A stretch of 49,783 nucleotides of DNA, from contig PEVX01000019.1 of the NCBI GenBank assembly GCA_002780285.1, positions 1 through 49,783 on the forward strand. Direction: 5' to 3'. Origin of the DNA: Candidatus Pacearchaeota archaeon CG06_land_8_20_14_3_00_35_12. GTDB taxonomy: Archaea; Nanobdellota; Nanobdellia; Pacearchaeales; PEVX01. The notes under the pieces are model-generated. The model was not told the origin of the DNA. It saw nothing but the letters and a program-made list of their open reading frames with translations, and ran no database searches. Shown here piece by piece: positions 8,150 through 18,096 of the stretch. How positions within the stretch are numbered: position 1 is the first letter of the stretch; each line of letters opens with the position of its first letter. A program made the position numbers and the translations under genes.

Positions 8150-9568
8150 ATGGTTTTGGAAAAACTTGGGGGGATTTTTAAGAACGCATTAAATAAGATA
8201 ACTAATGCGATTTTTGTAGATAAGAAGCTCGTTGAGGAAGTTGTAAAGGAAATACAAACTGCGCTGCTTTCAGCAGATGTTGATAGGCAGCTTGTGCTTC
8301 AGCTAAGTGAAAAAATACGAGAGCTTGCATTAAATGAAAAGATAAAAAATGTTGAGAAAAAAGAGCAATTAATCGCTTTGATTCATGATGAGCTTGTAAA
8401 AATTCTTGGCGGAGAAAAGAAAGAGCTTCAAATTGTAAAAGGAAAACAGGCAAGAATTATGTTTGTAGGTCTTTACGGAAATGGAAAAACAACTGCGATT
8501 GGAAAGCTTGCAAATTACTACAGCAAAAGGGGATTGAAATGCTGTGTTGTTGGATTGGATGTTCACAGACCGGCAGCCCCAGAGCAGTTGGAACAGCTTG
8601 CAGAAAGGGCAAAAATAACTGCATTCATAGACAAGAAAGAGAAGAATCCTGAAAAAATATGGAAAAACATTGAAGAAAAAATTAGCAAGTTTGATTTAAT
8701 TTTGGTTGATACTGCGGGCAGAGATGTTTTAAGCGATGAATTAATTATAGAATTGAAAAAATTAAATTCTTTAATCAATCCACAATATTCAATTCTTGTA
8801 ATGGCTGCAGATATAGGCCAAGCCGCAAGAAAACAGGTAGAAGGTTTTGTTAAGGCTATAAAAATTGATGGAGTTATAATCACAAGGATGGATGGAACAG
8901 CAAAAGGTGGCGGGGCATTGGTTGCATGCCAAGAGGCAAAGGCGCCTGTTTTGTATATTGGAACAGGCGAAAAATTGCAGGATATTGAAACTTTCAATCC
9001 AGAAGCATTTGTTTCAAGAATTCTTGGAATGGGTGATCTTGCGACTCTTATGGAAAAAGTCAGAACTGCTGTTTCAGAACAGGAGATTAAAAAAACAAAG
9101 AGAATTTCTGAAAAATTTACCTTGCTTGACTTGTATGAACAGCTTGAATCAATGTCTAAAATAGGCCCTTTGGGAAAAATTGCAGAATTAATCCCTGGCT
9201 TTGGAGGAATGAAGGCAAAATTGCCTGAAAATATGCTTCAGGTTCAGGAGGAAAAATTAAAACACTGGAGATATGCAATTCAGAGCATGACCAAGGCTGA
9301 AATAGATGAGCCAGAGAAGATTCATGATACAAGAATCTCAAGAATTGCAAAAGGGGCGGGAATTTCTGCTTCTGAAGTGCGTGAACTTATAAAACAGTAT
9401 AAATTATTGAAAGATTTAATAGGGCCAGGCGGAATGAATACAGCAGAAGGTGAAGAAGGGCAGGAAATTGGAGAGGCAAATCTAAACCAGATAAAAGGCA
9501 TGGGTATAAGCCAAAAAAAGCTCCAAAAACTTGCAAAGCGCTTTGGTAGAAGAATTCCTGGATTATAG
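8150..9568 (+). CDS. srp54: Signal recognition particle 54 kDa protein
   Basis: GLYGNGKTTAIGKLA, DTAGRD and TRMDGTAKGGGAL G-domain motifs, plus a Met-containing M-domain (LGMGDLATLMEKV...). Confidence 0.92.
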   Translation: MVLEKLGGIFKNALNKITNAIFVDKKLVEEVVKEIQTALLSADVDRQLVLQLSEKIRELALNEKIKNVEKKEQLIALIHDELVKILGGEKKELQIVKGKQARIMFVGLYGNGKTTAIGKLANYYSKRGLKCCVVGLDVHRPAAPEQLEQLAERAKITAFIDKKEKNPEKIWKNIEEKISKFDLILVDTAGRDVLSDELIIELKKLNSLINPQYSILVMAADIGQAARKQVEGFVKAIKIDGVIITRMDGTAKGGGALVACQEAKAPVLYIGTGEKLQDIETFNPEAFVSRILGMGDLATLMEKVRTAVSEQEIKKTKRISEKFTLLDLYEQLESMSKIGPLGKIAELIPGFGGMKAKLPENMLQVQEEKLKHWRYAIQSMTKAEIDEPEKIHDTRISRIAKGAGISASEVRELIKQYKLLKDLIGPGGMNTAEGEEGQEIGEANLNQIKGMGISQKKLQKLAKRFGRRIPGL

Positions 9569-9692
9569 GCTGTAAAAAGGCAAATTTAGGCATATTTTAA
9601 GCATTTTCTCTGAAAAGAAGGATAAAATTTATTAACGAGAATACACTCTAAAATAATGCCTTTTTAAAAAGAGGAAAGGAAACAGATTTTGA

Positions 9693-11831
9693 ATGGTTAG
9701 AAGAGCTCAGGTTACTCATGTCCGCAAAAGAACAGGAGATATAATCCCTTTTAAGGATGAAAAAATTCAGATTGCAATAGAAAAAGCGATGAAAGCTGTT
9801 GATTTCTCAGAATCTCAGAGAGCCAAGGAGGCTGAAAAACTTACAGAACAGGTAATTGAAAGGATTAATGCAAGAACTTCGGAATTTGAAAGAAACATTC
9901 CAAATATAGAACAAATTCAAGATATAGTTGAGGAAAGTTTAATTGCAAGCCCTTATGAACGAGTTGCAAAAGCATACATGCTTTATAGAAAATCTAGACA
10001 GGAAGCCAGAGCTTTGAAACAGTTTTTCAATATTCGTGATGATTTGAAGTTTGGAGTGAATGCAATTAAGGTTTTGGAAGAAAGATATTTGCTAAAAGAT
10101 TCAGAAGGAAAGATAATTGAAACTCCAACTCAACTTTTTTCAAGAGTCAGTCATGCAATTGCTTCTATTGAGGAAAGATATGGAAAAAGCAAACAAGAAA
10201 TTGCGAAGCTTGAGCATGAGTTTTTTGAATTGATGAAAAATTTAGAATTTTTGCCAAATTCTCCCACTCTAATGAATGCAGGAACAAATTTAGGACAATT
10301 ATCTGCCTGCTTTGTTCTGCCAATTGAAGACAGCCTTGAATCAATTTTTACGACTTTGAAAAATATGGCAGTTATACAGCAATCAGGAGGAGGCACAGGA
10401 TTTTCATTTTCAAATATACGTCCAGAAGGAGACATTGTAAAATCAACGCATGGAATAGCATCTGGTCCTGTTTCATTTTTAAAGATTTTTGATGCAACAA
10501 CAGATGTCATTAAGCAAGGCGGTAAAAGAAGAGGCGCAAACATGGGGATTTTACACTGCACTCATCCAGACATAAAAAAATTTATTGTTGCAAAACGTGA
10601 CATCTCAAAACTTACAAATTTTAATATTTCTGTAGCTGTTACTGATGATTTCATGAAAGCTGTAGAAAAAAAGAAATCTTTTTCTTTAATCAATCCAAGA
10701 AGCAAGAAAGCTTCGGAAATTGTTTCTGCTTCGGAAATTTTCAATGAAATTGTAAAAAGTTCATGGCTTACTGGAGACCCGGGGATGATTTTTATTGATG
10801 AAATTAACAGGAAACATGTGCTGCCAGAAATGCAAATTGAAGCTACAAATCCTTGTGGAGAAGTTCCGCTTATTGCGCATGAATCTTGTAATTTAGGTTC
10901 TATTAATCTGGCAAAAATGCTGAAAGATAGAACGGAAAAAGGTAAAAAAACTGTGGAAATTGATTTTGAAAGATTGAAAAAAACTATTCGTCTAGCGATA
11001 AGATTTCTGGATAATGTGATAGATGCAAACAAATATCCTCTGCAGGAAATTGAAAATATCACAAAAGCAAACAGAAAGATTGGGCTTGGAGTTATGGGCT
11101 TTTCAGATATGCTGATTAAATTAGAAATTCCCTATGATTCAAAAGAGGCATTAAAAATTGGAGAGAAAGTCATTTCGTTCATAAGCAATGAGGCAAGAAA
11201 AGTTTCTTGTGAATTAGGAAAAGAAAAGGGAAGCTTTTCAAATTTAAATCAAAGCACCTTTAAAAGCAAATTTAAGACAATGAGAAATGCTACTGTAACA
11301 ACAATCGCGCCTACAGGAACAATAAGCATAATTGCTGGATGTTCATCAGGAATAGAGCCATTATTTGCCGTTGCATTTGTTAGAGAAGTTATGGAGGGAA
11401 AGAAGCTTATTGAAGTCAATCCAAATTTTCAGGTTGCTTCAGTAAAAGAGAATTTTTATTCAGAAGAGATGATTAAAAAAATAACTCAAACTGGAAGTGT
11501 TCAAGAAATAAAACAGATTCCTACAGAATTCAGAAAAATTTTCAAAACAGCATTAGATATCAGGGCAGAATGGCATGTAAAAATGCAGGCAGAATTCCAA
11601 AGGTACGTAGACAATGCCGTGAGCAAGACAGTCAATTTGACAGAAAAAGCAACTCCAAAAGATATTGCAAAAATATTTTTGCTCGCATACAAACTTGGAT
11701 GCAAAGGCATTACAATTTATAGATATGGAAGCAAGCCGGAGCAGGTTCTTTATCTGGGAACAAAAAGCAAGCCGATAACAGCAAAAGTACATTATAGCGG
11801 CGGATGCGCCGGCGGAATATGCCCTCTGTAA
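9693..11831 (+). CDS. nrdJ: Adenosylcobalamin-dependent (class II) ribonucleotide reductase with N-terminal ATP-cone
   Basis: ATP-cone (VRKRTGDIIPFKDEKIQIAIEKA), active-site NPCGEVPL, LSACFVLPIEDS, and a C-terminal Cys pair (GGCAGGICPL). Confidence 0.85.
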   Translation: MVRRAQVTHVRKRTGDIIPFKDEKIQIAIEKAMKAVDFSESQRAKEAEKLTEQVIERINARTSEFERNIPNIEQIQDIVEESLIASPYERVAKAYMLYRKSRQEARALKQFFNIRDDLKFGVNAIKVLEERYLLKDSEGKIIETPTQLFSRVSHAIASIEERYGKSKQEIAKLEHEFFELMKNLEFLPNSPTLMNAGTNLGQLSACFVLPIEDSLESIFTTLKNMAVIQQSGGGTGFSFSNIRPEGDIVKSTHGIASGPVSFLKIFDATTDVIKQGGKRRGANMGILHCTHPDIKKFIVAKRDISKLTNFNISVAVTDDFMKAVEKKKSFSLINPRSKKASEIVSASEIFNEIVKSSWLTGDPGMIFIDEINRKHVLPEMQIEATNPCGEVPLIAHESCNLGSINLAKMLKDRTEKGKKTVEIDFERLKKTIRLAIRFLDNVIDANKYPLQEIENITKANRKIGLGVMGFSDMLIKLEIPYDSKEALKIGEKVISFISNEARKVSCELGKEKGSFSNLNQSTFKSKFKTMRNATVTTIAPTGTISIIAGCSSGIEPLFAVAFVREVMEGKKLIEVNPNFQVASVKENFYSEEMIKKITQTGSVQEIKQIPTEFRKIFKTALDIRAEWHVKMQAEFQRYVDNAVSKTVNLTEKATPKDIAKIFLLAYKLGCKGITIYRYGSKPEQVLYLGTKSKPITAKVHYSGGCAGGICPL

Positions 11832-11832
11832 A

Positions 11833-12111
11833 ATGAATATATATTTTTTAACAGGAGGAATAATTCTTGGATTTTTAATCGCTTATTTTTTCTCAGGCAA
11901 AAAAGAAGGAGATAAAGGAAGATTAAAACCCATAATAATTAAAACAAAAAATTGCAAAATTCATCTGCATCACTGGCTTTTATCAGCAATAATCCTTCTG
12001 ATTCTTTTGTATGCTAAATTCTACAATGATTTTATTTATGGATTTTTAATAGGCCTTGTAATAGAAGGGCTGGCATACAAGGATTTTTACATGATTATTA
12101 AAAGAAATTAA
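11833..12111 (+). CDS. Small membrane protein (about 3 TM), unknown function
   Basis: ORF starts 1 nt after the nrdJ stop. Hydrophobic segments GGIILGFLIAYFF, LLSAIILLILLY, FIYGFLIGLVIEGL. Confidence 0.45.
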   Translation: MNIYFLTGGIILGFLIAYFFSGKKEGDKGRLKPIIIKTKNCKIHLHHWLLSAIILLILLYAKFYNDFIYGFLIGLVIEGLAYKDFYMIIKRN

Positions 12112-12118
12112 AAAATTT

Positions 12119-12445
12119 TCAGACCAGGCTGAAGAAAGCCTTCTGCGCCAGGAATACTGCGCATACAAATGAAATAATCCCTGCAGAAGGGATGATTGCA
12201 AAATAAAAAAGAATCATTATGACTCCTACCGCCAGATCAAGAATGCTGACAATGTCTGTTATGAACATTGCCCCTTTTATGATTAAATAAAGCGCGAATC
12301 CAAGGATAAGTGCCTTGGGGATTGCTATTTTTAGCCCTAAAAGCAAAAAAAACACTGCCACAGCCATATCTGCAGCCCCCAATATTTTTATCATTCTGTT
12401 AAAAATGGGGAGAGATTTATAAACATTCTTTTTTTCTCTTAACAA
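12119..12445 (-). CDS. Small membrane protein (3-4 TM), unknown function
   Basis: 108-aa ORF, strongly hydrophobic (AVAVFFLLLGLKIAIP, LILGFALYLIIKGAMFI, VGVIMILFYFAII). Confidence 0.45.
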   Translation of the reverse strand: MLREKKNVYKSLPIFNRMIKILGAADMAVAVFFLLLGLKIAIPKALILGFALYLIIKGAMFITDIVSILDLAVGVIMILFYFAIIPSAGIISFVCAVFLAQKAFFSLV

Positions 12446-12449
12446 TAAA

Positions 12450-13061
12450 ATGCAAAAAATAATAGGTAGAGGAGCAGAAGCAATTTTGATTCATAAAGAT
12501 GGCAGTCTGATAAAAAGAAGAATCAGGAAAGGATATAGAATTAAATTCTTAGATGAAAAATTAAGAAAATTCAGAACAAGAAGTGAGGCGAAATTAATTT
12601 CAAAGGCTTCTTCAGAAATTGCGGTTCCTAAAATTTTCAAAGTTGATGATAAAAATTATGAGATTAAAATGGATTTTATAGATGGAAAAATTCTTAGCAT
12701 GAATCTAGATAAATTGCCATTGCAAAAATCCCTTAAAATCTGCGAGAAAATTGGAAAAAATATGGCCAGAATACATGATTTAGACTTAATTCATGGAGAT
12801 TTAACAACTTCAAATATGATTTTAAATAAAGAAGAGATTTTTTTCATTGATTTTGGATTGGGCTTTCATTCCAAAAGAATTGAAGATAAGGCTGTCGATT
12901 TGCATTTATTAAAACAGGCTCTTGAAAGCAAGCATTTTAAAAATTTTAAAGAATATTTCAACGCTGTTTTGAAAGGATATGAATTTTCAAGCAATATGAA
13001 AAAAGTTTTAGAACAGTTTAAAAAAGTTGAATCAAGAGGAAGATACAGGGGAAAACACTAA
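12450..13061 (+). CDS. bud32: Bud32/PRPK atypical kinase (KEOPS subunit)
   Basis: IGRGAEAIL glycine loop, HGDLTTSNMIL catalytic loop, IDFGL, EDKAVDLHLL. About 200 aa, typical of archaeal Bud32. Confidence 0.85.
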   Translation: MQKIIGRGAEAILIHKDGSLIKRRIRKGYRIKFLDEKLRKFRTRSEAKLISKASSEIAVPKIFKVDDKNYEIKMDFIDGKILSMNLDKLPLQKSLKICEKIGKNMARIHDLDLIHGDLTTSNMILNKEEIFFIDFGLGFHSKRIEDKAVDLHLLKQALESKHFKNFKEYFNAVLKGYEFSSNMKKVLEQFKKVESRGRYRGKH

Positions 13062-13097
13062 AAAGTTTTATAAGCAAAAAAAAGATAATCAGAATAT

Positions 13098-13170
13098 AGC
13101 CCCATCGTACAGCGGTCAAGTATGCTGGCCTTTGGAGCCAGCGACCTCGGTTCGAATCCGAGTGGGGCTA
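13098..13170 (+). tRNA. tRNA-Gln(TTG)
   Basis: AGCCCCA TC GTAC AGCGGTCAA GTAT G CTGGC CTTTGGA GCCAG CGAC CTCGG TTCGAAT CCGAG TGGGGCT A. Cloverleaf with anticodon UUG. Confidence 0.85.
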
Positions 13171-13239
13171 TTTATCAATAAAGATTTTCCAACAACAAGG
13201 TTTAAAAACAAAAATTAATTCAAAAACAAATCAATAAAA

Positions 13240-13659
13240 ATGGCAACATTATATGGTAGAGGAAAAGGAAAGGCAGGATCACATCCTCCAGAGAAGAGAA
13301 AGCCTCTTTGGATGAAGAGAGATGCCAAAGAAATTCAAGAATTAATAGTAGAACTTTCAAAAGAAAATGAGCCTCCAAAAATAGGATTAATCTTGAGAGA
13401 CAATTATGGTGTTCCTTCTATAAAGGTTGCAACTGGAAAAACAATATCCCAAATCCTGAAAGAAGAGAAAAAAGAAGCTAAAATTCCTTATGATTTGGCA
13501 AATTTAGTAAAAAAAGCTACAAAACTTGAAAAACATTTTGAGAAAAACAAACAGGACAAGACTGCTAAAAGAGGCCTTCAACTCACAAAAGCAAAAATAT
13601 TAAGACTTGCAAAATATTATAAGAGGAAGAAAAAGATTCCTGCTGATTGGACATTTTAA
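13240..13659 (+). CDS. rps15: 30S ribosomal protein S15 (uS15/S13e)
   Basis: MATLYGRGKGKAGSHPP... N-terminal S13e-type extension, and a C-terminal S15 helical domain (LQLTKAKILRLAKYYK). Confidence 0.85.
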   Translation: MATLYGRGKGKAGSHPPEKRKPLWMKRDAKEIQELIVELSKENEPPKIGLILRDNYGVPSIKVATGKTISQILKEEKKEAKIPYDLANLVKKATKLEKHFEKNKQDKTAKRGLQLTKAKILRLAKYYKRKKKIPADWTF

Positions 13660-13694
13660 TTTTAAATTAGTTTAAATTTTTAAAAAGAGGATAA

Positions 13695-15068
13695 ATGGAG
13701 CTTAATTCATCAATTGAAAAATCTGTTGAAAAATTCAAAAAGATTTCTGAAGATCATTTCATAAAAATAATAAGTCATTTGGATACAGATGGAATAACCT
13801 CTGCCGCTATTCTTGCAAAAGCTCTTCAGAGAGAAGATATAAAATTTTCAATCACAATTGTAAGGCAGTTAGAAACAGAACTTTTGAAAGAAATTATGAA
13901 AAATTCTTTTGGAAAAAAAGAAGCATTATTTTTTCTTGACCTTGGCACCTCATTTATTGAAATATTGAACAACTGCTCAAACCCAGTTTTTATTTTAGAT
14001 CATCATCAGTTTGATGAGCTCCCAGAAATTAACGAAACAATCGAATTCATAAATTCAAGGAGTTTTGGCGAAGAATTAACAGCCTCAGGACTTACTTTTT
14101 TCTTTTCTAAAAAAATGAATGAGCAAAATTCTGATGCTCCTCTTGCAATCCTTGGCGTAGTTGGGGATATGCAGGATAGGGACATAAGTAAAATGAATAA
14201 TCTGATTTTAAATGATAATGATGAAAGGATAAAAATAAAAAGGGGCTTGAAAATTTTTTCTGCAGCAAGGCCAGTTCACAAAGCACTTGAATTTGGTTCA
14301 GATATTTTTATTCCAGGAGTGACTGGAAATTCTATTGGCGCATGGAACATGCTTCGTGAAATTGATATAAAAGTAAAAAATGACAAGGGCTATAGAACGC
14401 TGCTGGATTTGGATTCTGAAGAAATTTCTAGATTAGTTACTGCAATAGTTTTGCGGAGGCTTGATTTAAACAGCATAGACGCAGAGGCAGATGAAATAAT
14501 AGGAAATATCTATACCATAAAAATATTCAATCATTTTGAGGATGCACGAGAATTAAGCACGTTGATAAATGCCTGTGGAAGACTTGGGCAAAGCGATGTC
14601 GCTCTTGGATTATGTCTTGGCTCTAAAACTGACAAAACAAAGGCTGAAGAAATATATAATAAATATAAGCATTCCATAATCAAGGCATTGACATGGGTTT
14701 CAAGCGCTAAAAAAATAGAAGGTGATGAATATGTAATAATTAATGCCAAGGACAATATTCCAGATACATTAATTGGTACAATTGTTTCTATAAATGCCTC
14801 CTCTTTTCTTTATCCAAAAGGAACAATTCTTATAGGGATGGCCGAAAGAAGTGATGGCAAGATCAAAGTCTCAATGAGAATCAGAGGCAAGGGGGAAAAA
14901 GCAAATCTGAGGGAAATTCTTTCAGACATATCAAAAAAAATAGATGTAGAGGATTTTGGGGGACATGAGTCCGCTGCAGGCTGTCTTATTCCAAAGGCAA
15001 AGGAAGAGCTGTTCATAGAAACCTTAAAACAGGAATTAGATATCAAAAAAATTAAGATTACAGCATAA
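13695..15068 (+). CDS. RecJ/Cdc45-like DHH-family phosphoesterase (GAN-like nuclease)
   Basis: DHH-type motifs HLDTDGITSAAILAKAL and LDHHQ, and DHHA1 motif GGHESAAGC. Located downstream of S15. Confidence 0.7.
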   Translation: MELNSSIEKSVEKFKKISEDHFIKIISHLDTDGITSAAILAKALQREDIKFSITIVRQLETELLKEIMKNSFGKKEALFFLDLGTSFIEILNNCSNPVFILDHHQFDELPEINETIEFINSRSFGEELTASGLTFFFSKKMNEQNSDAPLAILGVVGDMQDRDISKMNNLILNDNDERIKIKRGLKIFSAARPVHKALEFGSDIFIPGVTGNSIGAWNMLREIDIKVKNDKGYRTLLDLDSEEISRLVTAIVLRRLDLNSIDAEADEIIGNIYTIKIFNHFEDARELSTLINACGRLGQSDVALGLCLGSKTDKTKAEEIYNKYKHSIIKALTWVSSAKKIEGDEYVIINAKDNIPDTLIGTIVSINASSFLYPKGTILIGMAERSDGKIKVSMRIRGKGEKANLREILSDISKKIDVEDFGGHESAAGCLIPKAKEELFIETLKQELDIKKIKITA

Positions 15069-15127
15069 ACAGTTCTGAAAAAGGTTTTTAAAGCTGAAAT
15101 TTTAACTCTTTAATAAACACCATTAAA

Positions 15128-15322
15128 ATGACAAGGAGAAAAGAAATGAGGATTACTGAAAGCAGATTCATTAGAGTCAGATGTCCAAAATGTGAAAAAG
15201 AGCAGATCATATTTGGAAAAGCTACAAGCAAGACAAAATGCCTTAAATGTGGAAAGATTCTCGTTGAACCAACAGGTGGAAAAGCTAAAATTAGATGCAG
15301 AGTACTTGAAGTATTAAATTAA
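15128..15322 (+). CDS. rps27e: 30S ribosomal protein S27e
   Basis: RFIRVRCPKCEKEQIIFGKATSKTKCLKCGKILVEPTGGKA, a C4 zinc ribbon typical of S27e. The true start may be the ATG at 15146, preceded by aggaga. Confidence 0.85.
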   Translation: MTRRKEMRITESRFIRVRCPKCEKEQIIFGKATSKTKCLKCGKILVEPTGGKAKIRCRVLEVLN

Positions 15323-15343
15323 ATAATTCTAAAAACTAAGGGC

Positions 15344-16087
15344 ATGGTAAAAAAAGAATTTCCTGATGAAGAAGAGATTGTTTTCTGTACTGTAGACAAG
15401 ATACTTGGAACAAGCATATTTGTAAAACTCGACGATTATGAAGATAAAGAGGCAGTCATTCACATAAGTGAAATTGCACCAGGAAGAATCAGAAATATTA
15501 GAGATTATGTTGTTCCAAATAAGAAAATTGCATGCAAAGTTCTTGCAGTAGACGCAGCAAGCGGAAAAATTGACTTGTCTTTGAGAAGAGTTACGGCAAA
15601 GGAAAAAAAAGATTTGTTTGAAGAGCATAAAAAAGAGAAAGATTCTGCAGCGGTTTTAAAAATATGGGCTGAACAAGCGCAATTAAACTTTCAAGAGATA
15701 ACTGAAAAAATCCTGGCTAAATTTGAAAAACTGTCTTTATTCCTTCAAGATATAAAAGAAGATCCTGAAAAACTAAAACAACTTTCAATAAATAAAAAAC
15801 AGGAGGAAATCCTGCTTCAGCTCATAAAAGAGCGTGTTAAATCAAAAAAAATAGAGCTTAAAAAGAAAATTTCACTTTCATCAAAGGCAGAAAATGGAAT
15901 TGTGCTGATTAAAAACCTCCTCAAGCTTACCAAACCCGCTAAAGTGACTTATCTTTCATCCCCTTTTTATCTTTTAGAGATTGAAGCTGGAGACTATAAG
16001 GAAGCAAACCGTCTTCTTGAAGAAAAAATAAAGATTCTGAAAGAAAACGCAAAACAAAAGTCTGTAGAAATCGAAATTTTAGAATAA
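15344..16087 (+). CDS. eif2a: Translation initiation factor aIF2 alpha subunit
   Basis: N-terminal S1 domain (FPDEEEIVFCTVDKILGTSIFVKLDDY...AVIHISEIAPGRIRNIRDYV) directly after S27e, the conserved archaeal gene order. Confidence 0.85.
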   Translation: MVKKEFPDEEEIVFCTVDKILGTSIFVKLDDYEDKEAVIHISEIAPGRIRNIRDYVVPNKKIACKVLAVDAASGKIDLSLRRVTAKEKKDLFEEHKKEKDSAAVLKIWAEQAQLNFQEITEKILAKFEKLSLFLQDIKEDPEKLKQLSINKKQEEILLQLIKERVKSKKIELKKKISLSSKAENGIVLIKNLLKLTKPAKVTYLSSPFYLLEIEAGDYKEANRLLEEKIKILKENAKQKSVEIEILE

Positions 16088-16106
16088 ATTTTATAAAAAG
16101 AGAAAA

Positions 16107-16811
16107 ATGATAAAAGCAAAATTTTTTTCAGAAATTGAAAAAATTAACAAACCCACAATAATAAGCGCTTTTCCAACAATTGGATTTTCTGGAAAGGCAT
16201 GCATTGATAAATTAGTTGAATTAACAAATTCCAAACTTCTTGCACAGTTTGATATTGAGAAACTGCCAATAGTTTTTGTATCAAAGGGAAAAATAGAGTA
16301 TCCTTCAATAAAATTATATCATAAAAAGAACAAGAAAGAGAATATTCTTTTTTTAACTGCAGATTATCAGCCCCATGAGAGAAATCATTCGGATTTTGCA
16401 GAATATGTAATAAAAATGTTCAAGAAAATAAATGCAAAACAGCTGATAATTGTTGGGGAAATCCCCCAAACAACAAAAAAAATGCGCGAGGTAAGATTAG
16501 AGATTCATCCTAAAAAAAGCTCTGATTTGAATGAAAAAATCCCAATTATGGGCTTTAATGCCGCACTCATTTCTTCTGCATTTCAGAATAAAATTCCAAT
16601 AAGTATGATTTTGAAGGAATCAAAACCGAATGTTCTTGATATAAGATTTGTAAGAGATAGCATCAAAGAATTAAGCAAAAAATTAGGCCTTGGAATAAAT
16701 TTGAATAAGCTTGAAAAGGAATATTTGAAAGAAATGAGTAAGATAAAGGAAATTTCATTAAAAGATGCAGAACAGATCATAGCAAAAGATAGCACTGGCT
16801 ATATTGGATAA
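16107..16811 (+). CDS. PAC2-family (COG1938-like) proteasome assembly chaperone-like protein
   Basis: TIISAFPTIGFSGKACIDKLVE...ILFLTADYQP...QLIIVGEI matches the PAC2 pattern. Position after S27e and aIF2-alpha is the conserved archaeal neighbourhood. Confidence 0.5.
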   Translation: MIKAKFFSEIEKINKPTIISAFPTIGFSGKACIDKLVELTNSKLLAQFDIEKLPIVFVSKGKIEYPSIKLYHKKNKKENILFLTADYQPHERNHSDFAEYVIKMFKKINAKQLIIVGEIPQTTKKMREVRLEIHPKKSSDLNEKIPIMGFNAALISSAFQNKIPISMILKESKPNVLDIRFVRDSIKELSKKLGLGINLNKLEKEYLKEMSKIKEISLKDAEQIIAKDSTGYIG

Positions 16812-16815
16812 AAAA

Positions 16816-18042
16816 CTAGAATAATTTTTTCTGAACTGCTAAAGAGGCAATTCCATAAACACCATCATATCCTGGTTTGACAGAAATATTGCCCTTCCTA
16901 TTTGCGATAATCAATTCAGCAATTTTTTCATTTGATACGCTGACAATTTTTTCCTTTTCTACTTCAAGAAGAATAGACAGCTCTGAACCAAAAACTTCAA
17001 TGAGTTTATTATAAATTTGCCAGTTTTTAATAGATGAGATCATTCCTCCGTTTGCGATAACTAATAGTTCCTGCAACGGAAGAATCTTGTAAAAAGGCTT
17101 TGCATTTGATGGTTTGAATCCTCGAGGCATATTTGCAAGCTGTTCAACACGGTTATCAACACCAATTACAAGTTTTTTCTTGCAGATAGGACAAATTCTA
17201 TTTAATTTTTTTGATTCTTCAGGGGAACATGAAAAATTGCAGAGCCTGTGCCCATCCCAATGATATTTTCCATAGGCGGGGTCTACTTCAATTGTTCCGT
17301 TTATTTCATTTTTTCTTATTGCGTCAATCAATTTATGATATTCCAATTCTTCGCTCGATAAATTAAAAATCGTGGCTTCTCTTCCAATTCTAAAAGGCCA
17401 AAAAGAATGGGCGTCTGAAAAGCTCAGGATGGTTTTTTCATTTAATTCTGAAAGTCTCCAATTCATTTCAGGATCAGAAGACATCCCTGTTTCAATCGCA
17501 TGAATTTTGTTTGATTTTTCATGAAATGCTTCTTTCAAAGAATCGAATCCAGACATGCTGCCAAAAATTCCGAACCATGGTGTCCATGCGTGAGCAGGGA
17601 TTATTTCAATTCTTTCATCAATTTTCTGCATTTCTTCAACAAGCTCGGGGCAGGTTATTTTGAAAATGGGTCTTCCATCATAGTCTATTCTGCCTTTTTT
17701 TAAGAAATAAGCGGTTATTTGAGAAACTACTTGAAGAGATGGAGCAAGCAGAACCAAATGCACTCTGCGGCCTTTATCTGCATCAGTATAAATCAGCGAG
17801 ATTTCTGTTGATAAAATAAAAGGAAAATTTGTTTTTGTTTTAAGAATGCCTTTCTCATTTTCTTCAGAAAGATTTTCCTGAATTTCTTTCAGCCACAAAG
17901 GATGTGTAAAGTCTCCTGTTCCAAGCAAATTCAATCCTTTTATTCTCGCCCACTTTTCCAGATTTGCAATGGTCAGATTCTTGCTTGTCGCCCTGCTGAA
18001 TCTTCCGTGAATATGCAAATCAGCAACAATGCCTTTTATCAT
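16816..18042 (-). CDS. PHP-domain plus zinc-ribbon nuclease, endonuclease Q (EndoQ)-like
   Basis: N-terminal ADLHIHGRFSRATS PHP motif, later AHAWTPWFG, and a Cys cluster HRLCNFSC...ICPICKKKL. About 410 aa, as for archaeal EndoQ/COG1379. Confidence 0.55.
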   Translation of the reverse strand: MIKGIVADLHIHGRFSRATSKNLTIANLEKWARIKGLNLLGTGDFTHPLWLKEIQENLSEENEKGILKTKTNFPFILSTEISLIYTDADKGRRVHLVLLAPSLQVVSQITAYFLKKGRIDYDGRPIFKITCPELVEEMQKIDERIEIIPAHAWTPWFGIFGSMSGFDSLKEAFHEKSNKIHAIETGMSSDPEMNWRLSELNEKTILSFSDAHSFWPFRIGREATIFNLSSEELEYHKLIDAIRKNEINGTIEVDPAYGKYHWDGHRLCNFSCSPEESKKLNRICPICKKKLVIGVDNRVEQLANMPRGFKPSNAKPFYKILPLQELLVIANGGMISSIKNWQIYNKLIEVFGSELSILLEVEKEKIVSVSNEKIAELIIANRKGNISVKPGYDGVYGIASLAVQKKLF

Positions 18043-18096
18043 CTATGTTTCTCGATTAAGAACTTTTTAAATTTATTCAGAAAAATAAAGAAAGAA

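Noticed and set aside
10151-11062. 136-aa and 166-aa minus-strand ORFs inside nrdJ. Similar embedded ORFs lie at 8563-8997, 36519-37111, 38515-38913, 39166-39519, 33617-33860 and 48196-48534.
   Set aside because: All are antisense or out-of-frame ORFs wholly contained in genes with strong family motifs. Long spurious ORFs of this kind occur inside genuine genes, and none shows a recognisable motif.
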